Source of the DNA: Staphylothermus marinus F1
GTDB lineage: Archaea; Thermoproteota; Thermoprotei_A; Sulfolobales; Desulfurococcaceae
Length of the DNA: 32,000 nt
Reading direction: 5' to 3'
Assembly (NCBI RefSeq): GCF_000015945.1
Contig: NC_009033.1
Span: 270,001-302,000 of the forward strand
In this document: positions 8,398 through 16,928 of the stretch, piece by piece
Position numbering within the stretch: the stretch's first letter is position 1
Layout of the letters: the number at the start of each line of letters is the position of its first letter
The notes under the pieces: generated by a model
Seen by the model: the letters and a program-made list of their open reading frames with translations, nothing else
Database searches by the model: none
What the model was told of the DNA's origin: nothing
Made by a program: the position numbers and the translations under genes

Positions 8398-9312
8398 TTG
8401 ATAGGTTTGATCGAGATAATTCTCATTATAATTGTTCTAGCAGTAATCTTATTCGCAATATTAATTATTGGTCTAGCATATATTGCTGCAAATAAACTAG
8501 TTAAGCCACCAAGATATAAGCGTTCATGGACTCCTAAAGATCTAGGTTATGATTATGAAGATGTGATTGTTGAAACAAGTGATGGATTGAAACTGAAAGG
8601 ATGGTTTATTGATCGTGGAAGCAATACTACAATACTAGCAATCCACGGATACACTTCCAGTAAATGGGATGAAACCTATATGAAACCAATAATTAATATT
8701 CTCGCTAAGAACGGATTCAATGTCGCGGCATTCGATTTTCGAGCTCATGGAGAAAGTGAAGGAGAAACAACTACTCTAGGATACTTAGAGGTAAGGGATT
8801 ATGTGAAGATTATTGACTGGTTAAAACAGAGTAAGCCTGAGAAATCCGAGAAAATAGGAGTTATAGGTTATTCTATGGGTGGAGCAGTAACGATAATGTT
8901 GTCAGCAATAGATAAACGCGTAAACGTTGCTGTAGCCGATAGCCCCTACATAGATATTGTAGAATCCGGTAGGAGATGGATCAATAGAATGAAGGGGGTG
9001 GTGAAAAACTTGTTAATTCTAGGATACCCGTTAATCGTTAGTATAGCGTCTAGAAAAATGAATGTAAACATCGATGATTTAAGAATGTATAAGTATGCTG
9101 ATAAAATAAAAATACCAATACTTATAATTGCTGGTGAAAAAGATGATCTTGTTAGTTTAGAGGAGATCAAGAAATTCTATGATGAATTAAAGAAACATAA
9201 TGAAAAAGCTGAATTGTGGATCACAGAGTCAGCACATGTTAGAAGCATTGCTGATAAGCCGGAGGAATACGAGGAGAAAGTAATTGGATTCTTTAAGAGG
9301 TGGTTGATTTGA
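8398..9312 (+). CDS. Membrane-anchored alpha/beta-fold hydrolase (esterase/lysophospholipase-like)
   Basis: N-terminal TM helix. HG oxyanion motif (AIHGYTSS), nucleophile elbow GYSMGG, and a late Asp/His region (EKDDLV, SAHV). I prefer TTG 8398 as the start because AGGTG sits 6 nt upstream. The track start, GTG 8389, lies inside that SD. Confidence 0.72.
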   Translation: MIGLIEIILIIIVLAVILFAILIIGLAYIAANKLVKPPRYKRSWTPKDLGYDYEDVIVETSDGLKLKGWFIDRGSNTTILAIHGYTSSKWDETYMKPIINILAKNGFNVAAFDFRAHGESEGETTTLGYLEVRDYVKIIDWLKQSKPEKSEKIGVIGYSMGGAVTIMLSAIDKRVNVAVADSPYIDIVESGRRWINRMKGVVKNLLILGYPLIVSIASRKMNVNIDDLRMYKYADKIKIPILIIAGEKDDLVSLEEIKKFYDELKKHNEKAELWITESAHVRSIADKPEEYEEKVIGFFKRWLI

Positions 9313-10595
9313 GTGAAACTAAAAATATATATTTAAAATCAATTCTAATAACTCTCGCATTGCTTGTTCTAAGTTATTTTGCCGGCGACTACATGTTAGC
9401 AGCAGTTATTGATCCAATGCATCAGGAAGGAATAATACCTGGAACCGAGGCAACATGGAGAACATACGCTGGTTTATTGAAAACTATTCCAGGCCTCGTT
9501 GGTCTTGCACTAACTATTATGTGGGGAGTGTTGGCTGATAAGATTGGTAGGCCGCGACTATTATTCATATTAGGAATCACTATGGGATTATCTTTAGCAT
9601 TAGTAAGCTTCGCTATGAACTATATCTACTTATTACTCATACTAACGATATTTGGCATAGCGAAGATCGGTATCGGGCCGGTAATATATGCTTTCATACC
9701 CGATATTATGCCTCCAGAGAAGAGAGGACTAGGTTATGCTGCATATTATGCGCCAAGCGTGTTAGGATTCGTAGTTGGAATGATTATTGGTGGAATATTG
9801 TTTTATTGGAGAACTGCTTATTTACTCGTTGGACTAATGATACTAGTATTCGCTATTCCACTCTACTTATTATCTAGAGGCATAAGGATAGGCTTTGCAG
9901 AAGAGAAGATTATTGAGAAAAAATATCGTTTCATAGATGCTCTGCGTGCAGCGCTGAATAAAACAATAACACTCATGATGATCCAGATAATTCCATGGGC
10001 TATTCCATGGGGCTTCATAACATTATTTGGTGTCGACTATATAAAGATTAGATGGGGTTTGCCTGGACCGATTGCGAGCGGCATATTAGCAATAGCAGCT
10101 CTTTCAATAGCTACAGGACATATTCTAGGAGGTAAATTAGCTGATAATCTAGTTAAGAAAGGAAATGTTAATGGTAGAGTTAAGATATCAGTTATAGGTA
10201 TCGTTATAGGATATTTAGCTATGCTGGGAATGTTCATATATCCTTATCCATACGGCTCTACAGCTATTACAGACCTATTACCACCAATAATCCTAGCATT
10301 AACCGGATTAATGTTCACAACATTCGCATATCCTAATATCAGCAGTATTATTAGCGACTGTGCATATCCAGAATATAGAGGAACTGTTTTCTCACTATAC
10401 AATATACTAAATACTAGTGGCTGGGCTATAGGACCAGTCCTATACGGATTAATAGCTGGATATTATATATCTATAGGAATACCCGAGAAAACAGCCTTAA
10501 TGTATTCTGCAGTTCTCATTGAAGCCTTATGGTTAATAAGCCTCATAATATGGATCATAGTCGGTAAAACATATCCAAGAGACAGAATCAAATAA
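9300..10595 (+). CDS. Major facilitator superfamily transporter (substrate unknown)
   Basis: 431 aa with about 12 predicted hydrophobic helices. MFS loop motif GVLADKIGRPR (G-x-x-x-D-[RK]-x-G-R-[RK]-like). Start overlaps the hydrolase stop by 13 nt. Confidence 0.8.
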   Translation: MVDLSETKNIYLKSILITLALLVLSYFAGDYMLAAVIDPMHQEGIIPGTEATWRTYAGLLKTIPGLVGLALTIMWGVLADKIGRPRLLFILGITMGLSLALVSFAMNYIYLLLILTIFGIAKIGIGPVIYAFIPDIMPPEKRGLGYAAYYAPSVLGFVVGMIIGGILFYWRTAYLLVGLMILVFAIPLYLLSRGIRIGFAEEKIIEKKYRFIDALRAALNKTITLMMIQIIPWAIPWGFITLFGVDYIKIRWGLPGPIASGILAIAALSIATGHILGGKLADNLVKKGNVNGRVKISVIGIVIGYLAMLGMFIYPYPYGSTAITDLLPPIILALTGLMFTTFAYPNISSIISDCAYPEYRGTVFSLYNILNTSGWAIGPVLYGLIAGYYISIGIPEKTALMYSAVLIEALWLISLIIWIIVGKTYPRDRIK

Positions 10596-10628
10596 CAAAA
10601 AAATATATTATTTTTATCTAATCAATTC
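10596..10628. terminator. Convergent intergenic oligo-T/oligo-A tract (probable bidirectional archaeal termination region)
   Basis: CAAAAAAATATATTATTTTTATC lies between convergent stops: a T5 run on the + strand and a T7 run on the - strand. Archaeal RNAP terminates at oligo-T tracts. Confidence 0.35.
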
Positions 10629-12221
10629 TCATTCCCAATAAGCACCGCTACCTGGTAGTTCGCCGACTTCATCTAACCATTTCATAGCTCTCTTAACAGC
10701 TGATCTCCATCCACTATATAGTTTCTCTCTTTTCTCCTTACTCCATATAGGTTTAAACTCTTTATCCAACACCCACAGTTTGCGTAGTTCATCGATATTT
10801 CTCCATAATCCAGCTCCTAATCCAGCGGCAAATGCCGCACCTAAGCTTGTGGTTTCAATGTTTCGGGGGCGGAGAACAGGTATTCCTAGTATGTTGGCTT
10901 GTAATTGCATAAGATAGTTGTTTTTAGTAGCACCACCATCTACTTTTAACATGTTTATAACTATTCCAGCATCCTTGATCATGGCTTCATACACGTCTCT
11001 CACCTGGTAAGCTATTGCTTCAAGCACTGCATGAACAATATGTTCTATCCTAGTATACCTTGTAAGACCGATTATTAGCCCTCTAGCAGTCATGTCCCAG
11101 TATGGAGCATATAATCCACTAAATGCAGGAACAAAATATACTCCACCAGAACCGATTTCTCCAGTCTTCCCTGCTAGTTTTTCGGTTTCAGAAGGATCTC
11201 TAATTATTCTGAGATTATCTCTAAGCCATTGAATAGCCGCACCACTAATTGCAACCGATCCTTCAAGAGCATATACTGGATCATACCCTTCAAATACATA
11301 ACCAATAGTAGTAAGCAATCCCTTAGACGAATGAACAGGTTTATCCCCAGTATTTAATAACATAAATGTTCCAGTACCATATGTTGATTTCATTTCACCT
11401 CTTCTAAAACATGTTTGTCCAACAAGAGCAGCTTGTTGATCGCCTAGATCTCCATGTATAGGTATTTCTTCGCCTAGTATATCCTTATTCATGTAACCAT
11501 ATGGTTTCCTAGAACTGCTTGGAACAACTACTGGTAGGATCTCATATGGTATCCTCATTTTCTCTAATAATTCAATTGACCATCTATGATTAACTATGTC
11601 AAACAACATTGTCCTAGACGCATTAGAATAGTCTATGACATGTGCTCCTCCACGATCAGGGGTTAAATGATCTCTTGTCCCCCTCGTCATATTCCATATA
11701 ATCCATGTGTCAATTGTTCCAAACAATATTTCTCCGTGCTCCGCCCTATCACGAGCACCTGGAATATTATCAAGGATCCATTTAATTTTTGAAGCCGAGA
11801 AATATGTTGAAATAGTCAACCCGGTTTTCTCATGAACAAACTTGCTTAAACCCTTTTCAATAAGACTTTTACAGTAATTAATAGTTCGAGTATCTTGCCA
11901 CACAATAGCATTATAAATAGGCTTACCTGTAGCTTTATCCCATACAATAGTCGTTTCTCGCTGATTAGTTATACCAACACTAACTATATCACTAGGATCA
12001 ATTTCTGAAAGCTTCACAGCATCCTTCATAACATAAACTGTGTTTCTCCAGATCTCTAATGGATCGTGCTCTACCCAGCCTGGACGCGGATAAATCTGTC
12101 TATGCTCTCGATAACTATAATTAATTATCCTACCTTCATTATCGTAGAGAACTGCTCGAGTACCAGTAGTTCCTTGATCAACAACGAGGATATAGCGAGG
12201 CAAAACCCCGTCCTGCTCCAT
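10629..12221 (-). CDS. glpK: Glycerol kinase
   Basis: FGGY kinase pattern YILVVDQGTTGTRAVL, with GITNQRETTIVWD and other GlpK-like stretches along the whole length. I place the start at ATG 12221 (MEQDGVLPRYILVVDQGTTG). The track ORF adds 33 low-complexity residues that cover the promoter. Confidence 0.92.
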   Translation of the reverse strand: MEQDGVLPRYILVVDQGTTGTRAVLYDNEGRIINYSYREHRQIYPRPGWVEHDPLEIWRNTVYVMKDAVKLSEIDPSDIVSVGITNQRETTIVWDKATGKPIYNAIVWQDTRTINYCKSLIEKGLSKFVHEKTGLTISTYFSASKIKWILDNIPGARDRAEHGEILFGTIDTWIIWNMTRGTRDHLTPDRGGAHVIDYSNASRTMLFDIVNHRWSIELLEKMRIPYEILPVVVPSSSRKPYGYMNKDILGEEIPIHGDLGDQQAALVGQTCFRRGEMKSTYGTGTFMLLNTGDKPVHSSKGLLTTIGYVFEGYDPVYALEGSVAISGAAIQWLRDNLRIIRDPSETEKLAGKTGEIGSGGVYFVPAFSGLYAPYWDMTARGLIIGLTRYTRIEHIVHAVLEAIAYQVRDVYEAMIKDAGIVINMLKVDGGATKNNYLMQLQANILGIPVLRPRNIETTSLGAAFAAGLGAGLWRNIDELRKLWVLDKEFKPIWSKEKREKLYSGWRSAVKRAMKWLDEVGELPGSGAYWE

Positions 12222-12230
12222 CACATTATT

Positions 12231-12253
12231 TACATTATAAAAATTATAATGTA
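12231..12253. promoter_or_regulatory. Perfect 10-bp inverted repeat (TACATTATAA-AAA-TTATAATGTA) overlapping the presumed glpK TATA box
   Basis: The arms are exact reverse complements with a 3-bp spacer. The repeat lies 10-32 nt upstream of the glpK ATG, which would give a leaderless or short-leader transcript. Confidence 0.3.
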
Positions 12254-12329
12254 TAGGCAAGAATAAAAATGCAACAAAACTATCTAGATCTAAAGATGCT
12301 TCTCTAGAAATATCGGGCATGATTTATTA

Positions 12330-12716
12330 TTAGTTACCGAATAGTTCTGGGCAAATATTACATTTTAAAGGATCTATTTCTGGATCCAGCTTTTTATGTA
12401 TGTTACACATATATTTTTTCGACATAATATATAGTGTAAGCGATGTTATATCTCTGTATATTTCATAAATTGACGGGTTCTTATCTATTATTTTCTCAGC
12501 CAGTTCTTCTAATTTTCGTTCTACATCAATGTTCCTTGATAGATCTATTTGTACTCCTCTCTGCTTAGCTAGATACCGTGATACAGCTGAGGGTGTTATT
12601 CTTAATTTTCTAGCTATTTCTATCTCTGATAATCCATGTTGATACATTATCTCGACTATTCTCCTATTAATATATGGGACTATGTATCTATAAGCTAGTT
12701 CGAATATTGATTTCAA
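12330..12716 (-). CDS. Small HTH transcriptional regulator with C-terminal Cys/His cluster
   Basis: 128 aa. The HTH is GLSEIEIARKLRITPSAVSRYL. The C-terminal motif is CNIHKKLDPEIDPLKCNICP (C-x-H...C-x-x-C). Starts 4 nt after the stop of the DUF438 gene. Confidence 0.7.
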   Translation of the reverse strand: MKSIFELAYRYIVPYINRRIVEIMYQHGLSEIEIARKLRITPSAVSRYLAKQRGVQIDLSRNIDVERKLEELAEKIIDKNPSIYEIYRDITSLTLYIMSKKYMCNIHKKLDPEIDPLKCNICPELFGN

Positions 12717-12720
12717 TTCT

Positions 12721-14043
12721 TTATAGCACCACTATTTTCTTCTTGATCTCGTCTGGATTATTAATTATATCAGTTAGATCTTCTACTATTTCAACTGTTC
12801 CTAGTTGTTTACCATCCTTATTATTGACTGGAACAATTAGTACTCTTATTATTCTATTACCTAATCTTGTCCAGAATTCTCTATATGGTTTATCTCCTCT
12901 CTTCAATTGTTCGACCACTAGCTTTACATATCTCTCCAATCTTGGAGGATGACAATAATATAATAGTCTACCAACTATTGTTTTTGTTCTAATAAATCCC
13001 TTATGGAATATGCTACTACTATAGAATCTTATTCTATCATCCGTATTAGCATATGTAATCTCTAATGGAAGTGCTCTAAATAATCCTTCTATCTCTTCTC
13101 TGTTAAGAAACCCTGTATCTAATTCTATGTCGTTCTCTTTCCTAATCTGATATTTATCTGGTTTGAATTGTCCAATCATCTTTCTAACATGTATAGGTAT
13201 CTTATCATATTTTTCAGGAGGTATTGTACCATCGATCTCGAATGGATATATAGGTTTAGCGCTTGGTTTCCAGTTTTTATTTGTTTCAACAATATATCCG
13301 ATCTCTTCTCCGATCTCATGAATAACGGTCCATTCACCCTCGCTGAATAACTCCCATATGGTGGGGAATAATATTTTGTTTTCTCTGAAAACTATATCTG
13401 CAATTTCCTTGGAAAGCCATGTTGTATCATCAACTATTTTCTTTACATTGGCTTCACTAATGGTTTCTTTTTCGAGAAGCTTTTCAACATATTCTATCAT
13501 TTCTCTAATCTTCTTTATTACACCATCTTCTTTACTCCATAATACTCTTGGTATTGCCTCTAATCCTCTCCGCTCTAGATATGGGAAGATTAGCATCTGG
13601 ATTTTCCTATAGTGAACCCTGATCTTCTTGAGATCATATAGTATATTTATTAATTCACTCAGTATTTTTCTTCTAACATCGTTGTTTGTTGCTCTAGCAA
13701 GTGATCCTGTATATATACCTAAAAGTTCAGCTTGCTTCAAGATGTAATTGTTTTCTTTCAATAAATTATCTAGTGGATGCCCTTCTGGTATGTCTTTTAA
13801 CTCTTTTCCTCTCAGATAATCCATGAATAGGTTGAGATGAAGATCGCAGAGTTTTATTATATCGTTTACACTAAATCCCTCGAGGACGAGTTGTTGTTCT
13901 AGTAGGGGTATTTCTAATGGGGAGACTTCTCGAAGCAAGTTGCCGAATTCTATTTTTATTCTTTCGACGTCTTCTCCGCTTTTTATCTTTTTAAGGATTT
14001 CTTTTAATAATTCGAGTTTTTGTGCTTTATCAATATTTGACAT
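12721..14043 (-). CDS. DUF438 / hemerythrin-like / PAS-type sensor-like protein (COG2461-like)
   Basis: 440 aa. The N-terminal LLKEILKKIKSGEDVERIKIEFGNLLREVSPLEI...L...EG is DUF438-like. The middle has HP...L.KEN and HYRK...LFPYLERRG...P..V.W segments that parallel hemerythrin HHE helices. The C-terminal ITYANTDDRIRFYS...CHPPRLERYV...PVNNKDGKQLGTVEIVEDLT is PAS-like. AGGTGTGA SD upstream. Confidence 0.68.
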   Translation of the reverse strand: MSNIDKAQKLELLKEILKKIKSGEDVERIKIEFGNLLREVSPLEIPLLEQQLVLEGFSVNDIIKLCDLHLNLFMDYLRGKELKDIPEGHPLDNLLKENNYILKQAELLGIYTGSLARATNNDVRRKILSELINILYDLKKIRVHYRKIQMLIFPYLERRGLEAIPRVLWSKEDGVIKKIREMIEYVEKLLEKETISEANVKKIVDDTTWLSKEIADIVFRENKILFPTIWELFSEGEWTVIHEIGEEIGYIVETNKNWKPSAKPIYPFEIDGTIPPEKYDKIPIHVRKMIGQFKPDKYQIRKENDIELDTGFLNREEIEGLFRALPLEITYANTDDRIRFYSSSIFHKGFIRTKTIVGRLLYYCHPPRLERYVKLVVEQLKRGDKPYREFWTRLGNRIIRVLIVPVNNKDGKQLGTVEIVEDLTDIINNPDEIKKKIVVL

Positions 14044-14128
14044 GTGTCACACCTAATTAGGGATACATATATAGCCACTTATAAACCTATAGGAAGTTAT
14101 GATCCGTACGATGATTCTCTATAATTTA

Positions 14129-16075
14129 CTAGTATATTGTATTAAGACCTGGCATCTCTTTCCATGCACTATGTAGTAGTTTTACATAGTATTCTACACT
14201 ATATTTTTGATCAACATCTATAAAGGGTTCAGGTTCTCCACTAGGAGATACTATGTAGACTATGGGTCCAGTATATTTTCTAATCATTGATAATGCTTTC
14301 AACCATGGTGTTTTATTTTTGGATCTTTTCCTAGTATTAACAATTATGCCTAACTTCCAAGATTCTACTTCTCTATTGATAAGTTTTTGTTCAGCTGATT
14401 GGAAAATCTTGTGAGCTTCTCTTAGTTTTTCTTTGAATTCCTCTGGTTTCTTAGCTTCTCCCAGCTTGTTTATTGCTTCTAATTGTGTTTCTCTAATAAA
14501 TATTGGAGTATTTTTCCTAACACACATTACTCCCTTGATCTTCATTTCACCACTAACTAGTCTCCCATAATACCTATTAGATGCTCCAAGCCCTGTATTC
14601 TTTGTTTTCGGAATATATAGCCATGTATATTCAGCCTCGATCTTTGCAGGCATACCTGTTTCTTCAACTATTCTCAATGCTTTCTCGCAATCTCCTCCTT
14701 GAACAAATAAGCTGTCTATTATTATATGTATTACTTTATATCCTCTATTCTCAAGCAACCTATGTGCTTCTCTCAATATTCTGCGAGCATACCATGTAAC
14801 TGTTTCATGAGCCATTATTGAGCCGAACAAGCTGTTTTTAAAGCCTAGGTAGCCGAATCCTGAGACAAGTATCCATTTCAGAGCTTTGCTTCTAAGACTA
14901 TATATTTCATTATTTGTCTGTGCTACAAGCATTTTTGCTTTCTCACGTAGCTTTACTAGTTTGTTAAGAACAATTGATACAAGCCCTCTACGATCAAGAC
15001 ATATTATGTGAGGTAGATTCTTCACTACATGTTTTTTCCTACAATATGGATTATCAATTGTTTCGCCACTAATATTGTATTTAGCAATGATGCTTGGATA
15101 AAGACTATTATAGTCTATTTGACAAACACCCCAATATAGGCCGGGTCTAGGCGAGTAAACTAGTCCTCCACGATCGGTTTCTAGTAAGCTTCGAAGACTT
15201 CTCCAAGACTCTCTACGTCCAAAACCATTTATTATAAGGTATTTATGTTTCCTAGCTTCTAATGCTTCTATAGTAGTTAATATTCTGCCTATAGTTGCGT
15301 AATTAAGCATTCTAGGAGGAGTATATGCTAGTCTGCTCCAATACACTATACCTGTATGATCAACAAGTGTTTCCACATCATCTATCCATACATCATAGTA
15401 TTTCCTGATCCAAGAATATCTTTGCTCAACATATATTTTTTCTACAATACTAGTATAAAGTATTAATGGTTTATATTCACGAACAACTTCAACAGCTCCA
15501 TCCAAGTCACCCTCATAAACTATGCCCTCACTGTTCTCTATAACAGCTTTCTCAGGATCTATTGTTTCAGAATATAATCTATACCCGTCTCTAAATAAGC
15601 GTAGTATTAAATACTTAATCGGAGGCTCAGAATATTCTGGATCAAAAGGATTCTCTAAAGCAACATAGCCTTCTCCACGTTTCTTCAGAGGAGTCAATAC
15701 AGGGATCTTGTTTCTCCATAAAGCCTCAATTAATGGTTCAGGATAAGTATTAACAGGGACAGCGATGGCTTTACGTATAACCCAATTATTAACAATATCT
15801 ATTATGCGGGGATCCAGTGTTTCATAAACAATAACTTCTGTCTCAGACGCGTAATATGGTGGTTTATACCAGTTCTCAACCCATACGTTTTCAACACCAT
15901 TTATTAACTCAACATTTTCAGCTAAAACATCTGGATCGATACGTGGCATAAGGTATCCGCGGTATAGAAGACTTGTTGATACTACATATACTTTTCCATC
16001 CTGATCTAATAGTTTAAACAAGGTGTGTTTACCGGTGGGGGCAGCGTCGAAAAGGTAGAGAACAGTGTTGTTCAA
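14129..16075 (-). CDS. Family-B DNA polymerase, divergent PolB2/Dpo2-like form (no recognisable 3'-5' exonuclease motifs, degenerate motifs B and C)
   Basis: 648 aa. Motif A is intact: QIDYNSLYPSII (nt about 15121-15086). Motif B is KWILVSGFGYLG versus the consensus KxxxNSxYG (Asn->Val, Tyr->Phe). Motif C is KVIHIIIDSLF versus the consensus YxDTDS (first Asp->Ile, second Asp kept). The KxY region is KIKGVMCVRKNTPIFIRETQ. TTG start overlaps the stop of the upstream 74-aa gene (TTGA). Confidence 0.85.
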   Translation of the reverse strand: MNNTVLYLFDAAPTGKHTLFKLLDQDGKVYVVSTSLLYRGYLMPRIDPDVLAENVELINGVENVWVENWYKPPYYASETEVIVYETLDPRIIDIVNNWVIRKAIAVPVNTYPEPLIEALWRNKIPVLTPLKKRGEGYVALENPFDPEYSEPPIKYLILRLFRDGYRLYSETIDPEKAVIENSEGIVYEGDLDGAVEVVREYKPLILYTSIVEKIYVEQRYSWIRKYYDVWIDDVETLVDHTGIVYWSRLAYTPPRMLNYATIGRILTTIEALEARKHKYLIINGFGRRESWRSLRSLLETDRGGLVYSPRPGLYWGVCQIDYNSLYPSIIAKYNISGETIDNPYCRKKHVVKNLPHIICLDRRGLVSIVLNKLVKLREKAKMLVAQTNNEIYSLRSKALKWILVSGFGYLGFKNSLFGSIMAHETVTWYARRILREAHRLLENRGYKVIHIIIDSLFVQGGDCEKALRIVEETGMPAKIEAEYTWLYIPKTKNTGLGASNRYYGRLVSGEMKIKGVMCVRKNTPIFIRETQLEAINKLGEAKKPEEFKEKLREAHKIFQSAEQKLINREVESWKLGIIVNTRKRSKNKTPWLKALSMIRKYTGPIVYIVSPSGEPEPFIDVDQKYSVEYYVKLLHSAWKEMPGLNTIY

Positions 16076-16296
16076 GAAACATCCTCTCTTAAGAATCTAC
16101 GTAGTATGTGGAAATATATGATCTCTAATGGATCATTTACGGGTATATCGCTGTATATACTTATGGTATCCTCAATGTCTTCAAGTATTTCTTCCCACCT
16201 AGCTTCCTCATCCTTTGGAAGCCTAGCTATTATTTTACGGAATCTTTCCAGCTCCCTTAGGAGAGCCATTCTATAAGAGACCGTTGTTCTACCCAT
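16072..16296 (-). CDS. Hypothetical 74-aa (or 65-aa) acidic helical protein, translationally coupled between the RadA-like and PolB genes
   Basis: The ORF MGRTTVSYRMALLRELERFRKIIARLPKDEEARWEEILEDIEDT... overlaps the RadA-like gene by 40 nt (13 nt if it starts at ATG 16269) and the PolB start by 4 nt. I recognise no family. Confidence 0.5.
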   Translation of the reverse strand: MGRTTVSYRMALLRELERFRKIIARLPKDEEARWEEILEDIEDTISIYSDIPVNDPLEIIYFHILRRFLREDVS

Positions 16297-16928
16297 ACAT
16301 TTCCACCCCTGATCTTATCAATAGGAATACTTGTACGCAACCCCTCTGATAGACGGGGATGTTTAACAACAATAAGATAACCCCACTTCCTATCCTTAAC
16401 ATCTAATCGGAGAACAATATCTGCTGTATGATGATGGAAAAAACCGCCCATAGGCCTATAATAACCATCCCTGCCAACCTCGTTAAACAATATAATACGA
16501 TAACCGAGATTTTTCAACCTATGAATTAAACCAGTAATTCTGCTCATATCACGATAACCTATTAAGCCATTCCTGACAAAGGAGTAGGGAGTATAGATCA
16601 AAATGGATGCTTTCTCTGAAGAATTATTCTCTAAAAAATCCTCGAGAACTGTTTCAACATCTCCCATGCGAAAACAACGGGCAATGAAAACATTATCGGG
16701 ATCACCTCTACGCATACGGATAAGTCTGAGAAGAAAATATGGGTCTAGACCGCCGAATTCCCGTACCAGAACAACATAGACTCTCCCATAAACACTAGAA
16801 ACACTTATGACATGGTGAAATAAAAGCTCTAACAAACTATTATCACTACTGTAAAACTCGTAGACACCATTCCATGGGATTCCATTGAAAAACCTATCAA
16901 TGAACCAGAAACCAGTGATTTTAACCAT
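16257..16928 (-). CDS. RadA/RadB (RecA-superfamily) paralog lacking Walker A and Walker B motifs (predicted pseudo-ATPase)
   Basis: From ATG 16928, preceded by GGGTGA SD: MVKITGFWFIDRFFNGIPWNGVYEFYSSDNSLLE... This is collinear with the RadB pattern TG...LD.LLGGG...G..T.VYG..GSGKT, but the P-loop is replaced by YSSDNSLL. The Walker B hhhhD is replaced by ILIYTPYS. The C-terminal IVLRLDVKDRKWGYLIVVKHPRLSEG parallels the RadB ILRLD...R.A.L.RHR..PEG. The track ORF adds 14 residues upstream. Confidence 0.68.
   Translation of the reverse strand: MVKITGFWFIDRFFNGIPWNGVYEFYSSDNSLLELLFHHVISVSSVYGRVYVVLVREFGGLDPYFLLRLIRMRRGDPDNVFIARCFRMGDVETVLEDFLENNSSEKASILIYTPYSFVRNGLIGYRDMSRITGLIHRLKNLGYRIILFNEVGRDGYYRPMGGFFHHHTADIVLRLDVKDRKWGYLIVVKHPRLSEGLRTSIPIDKIRGGNVWVEQRSLIEWLS

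Noticed and set aside
12222-12320. 33-codon N-terminal extension of glpK (track start at 12320)
   Set aside because: The extension (MPDISREASLDLDSFVAFLFLPIHYNFYNVNNV) has no counterpart in glycerol kinases. It would consume the TATA-like promoter and inverted repeat and leave only 9 nt after the upstream gene. ATG 12221 gives the canonical distance to the DQGTT motif.
15635-15646. FDPE in the PolB N-terminal half as an intact Exo I (DxE) motif
   Set aside because: The context (ALENPFDPEYSEPP) lacks the hydrophobic beta-strand that precedes Exo I in family-B enzymes. I could also not find matching Exo II (NxxxFD) or Exo III (YxxxD) motifs, so I treat the exonuclease as degenerate pending an alignment.
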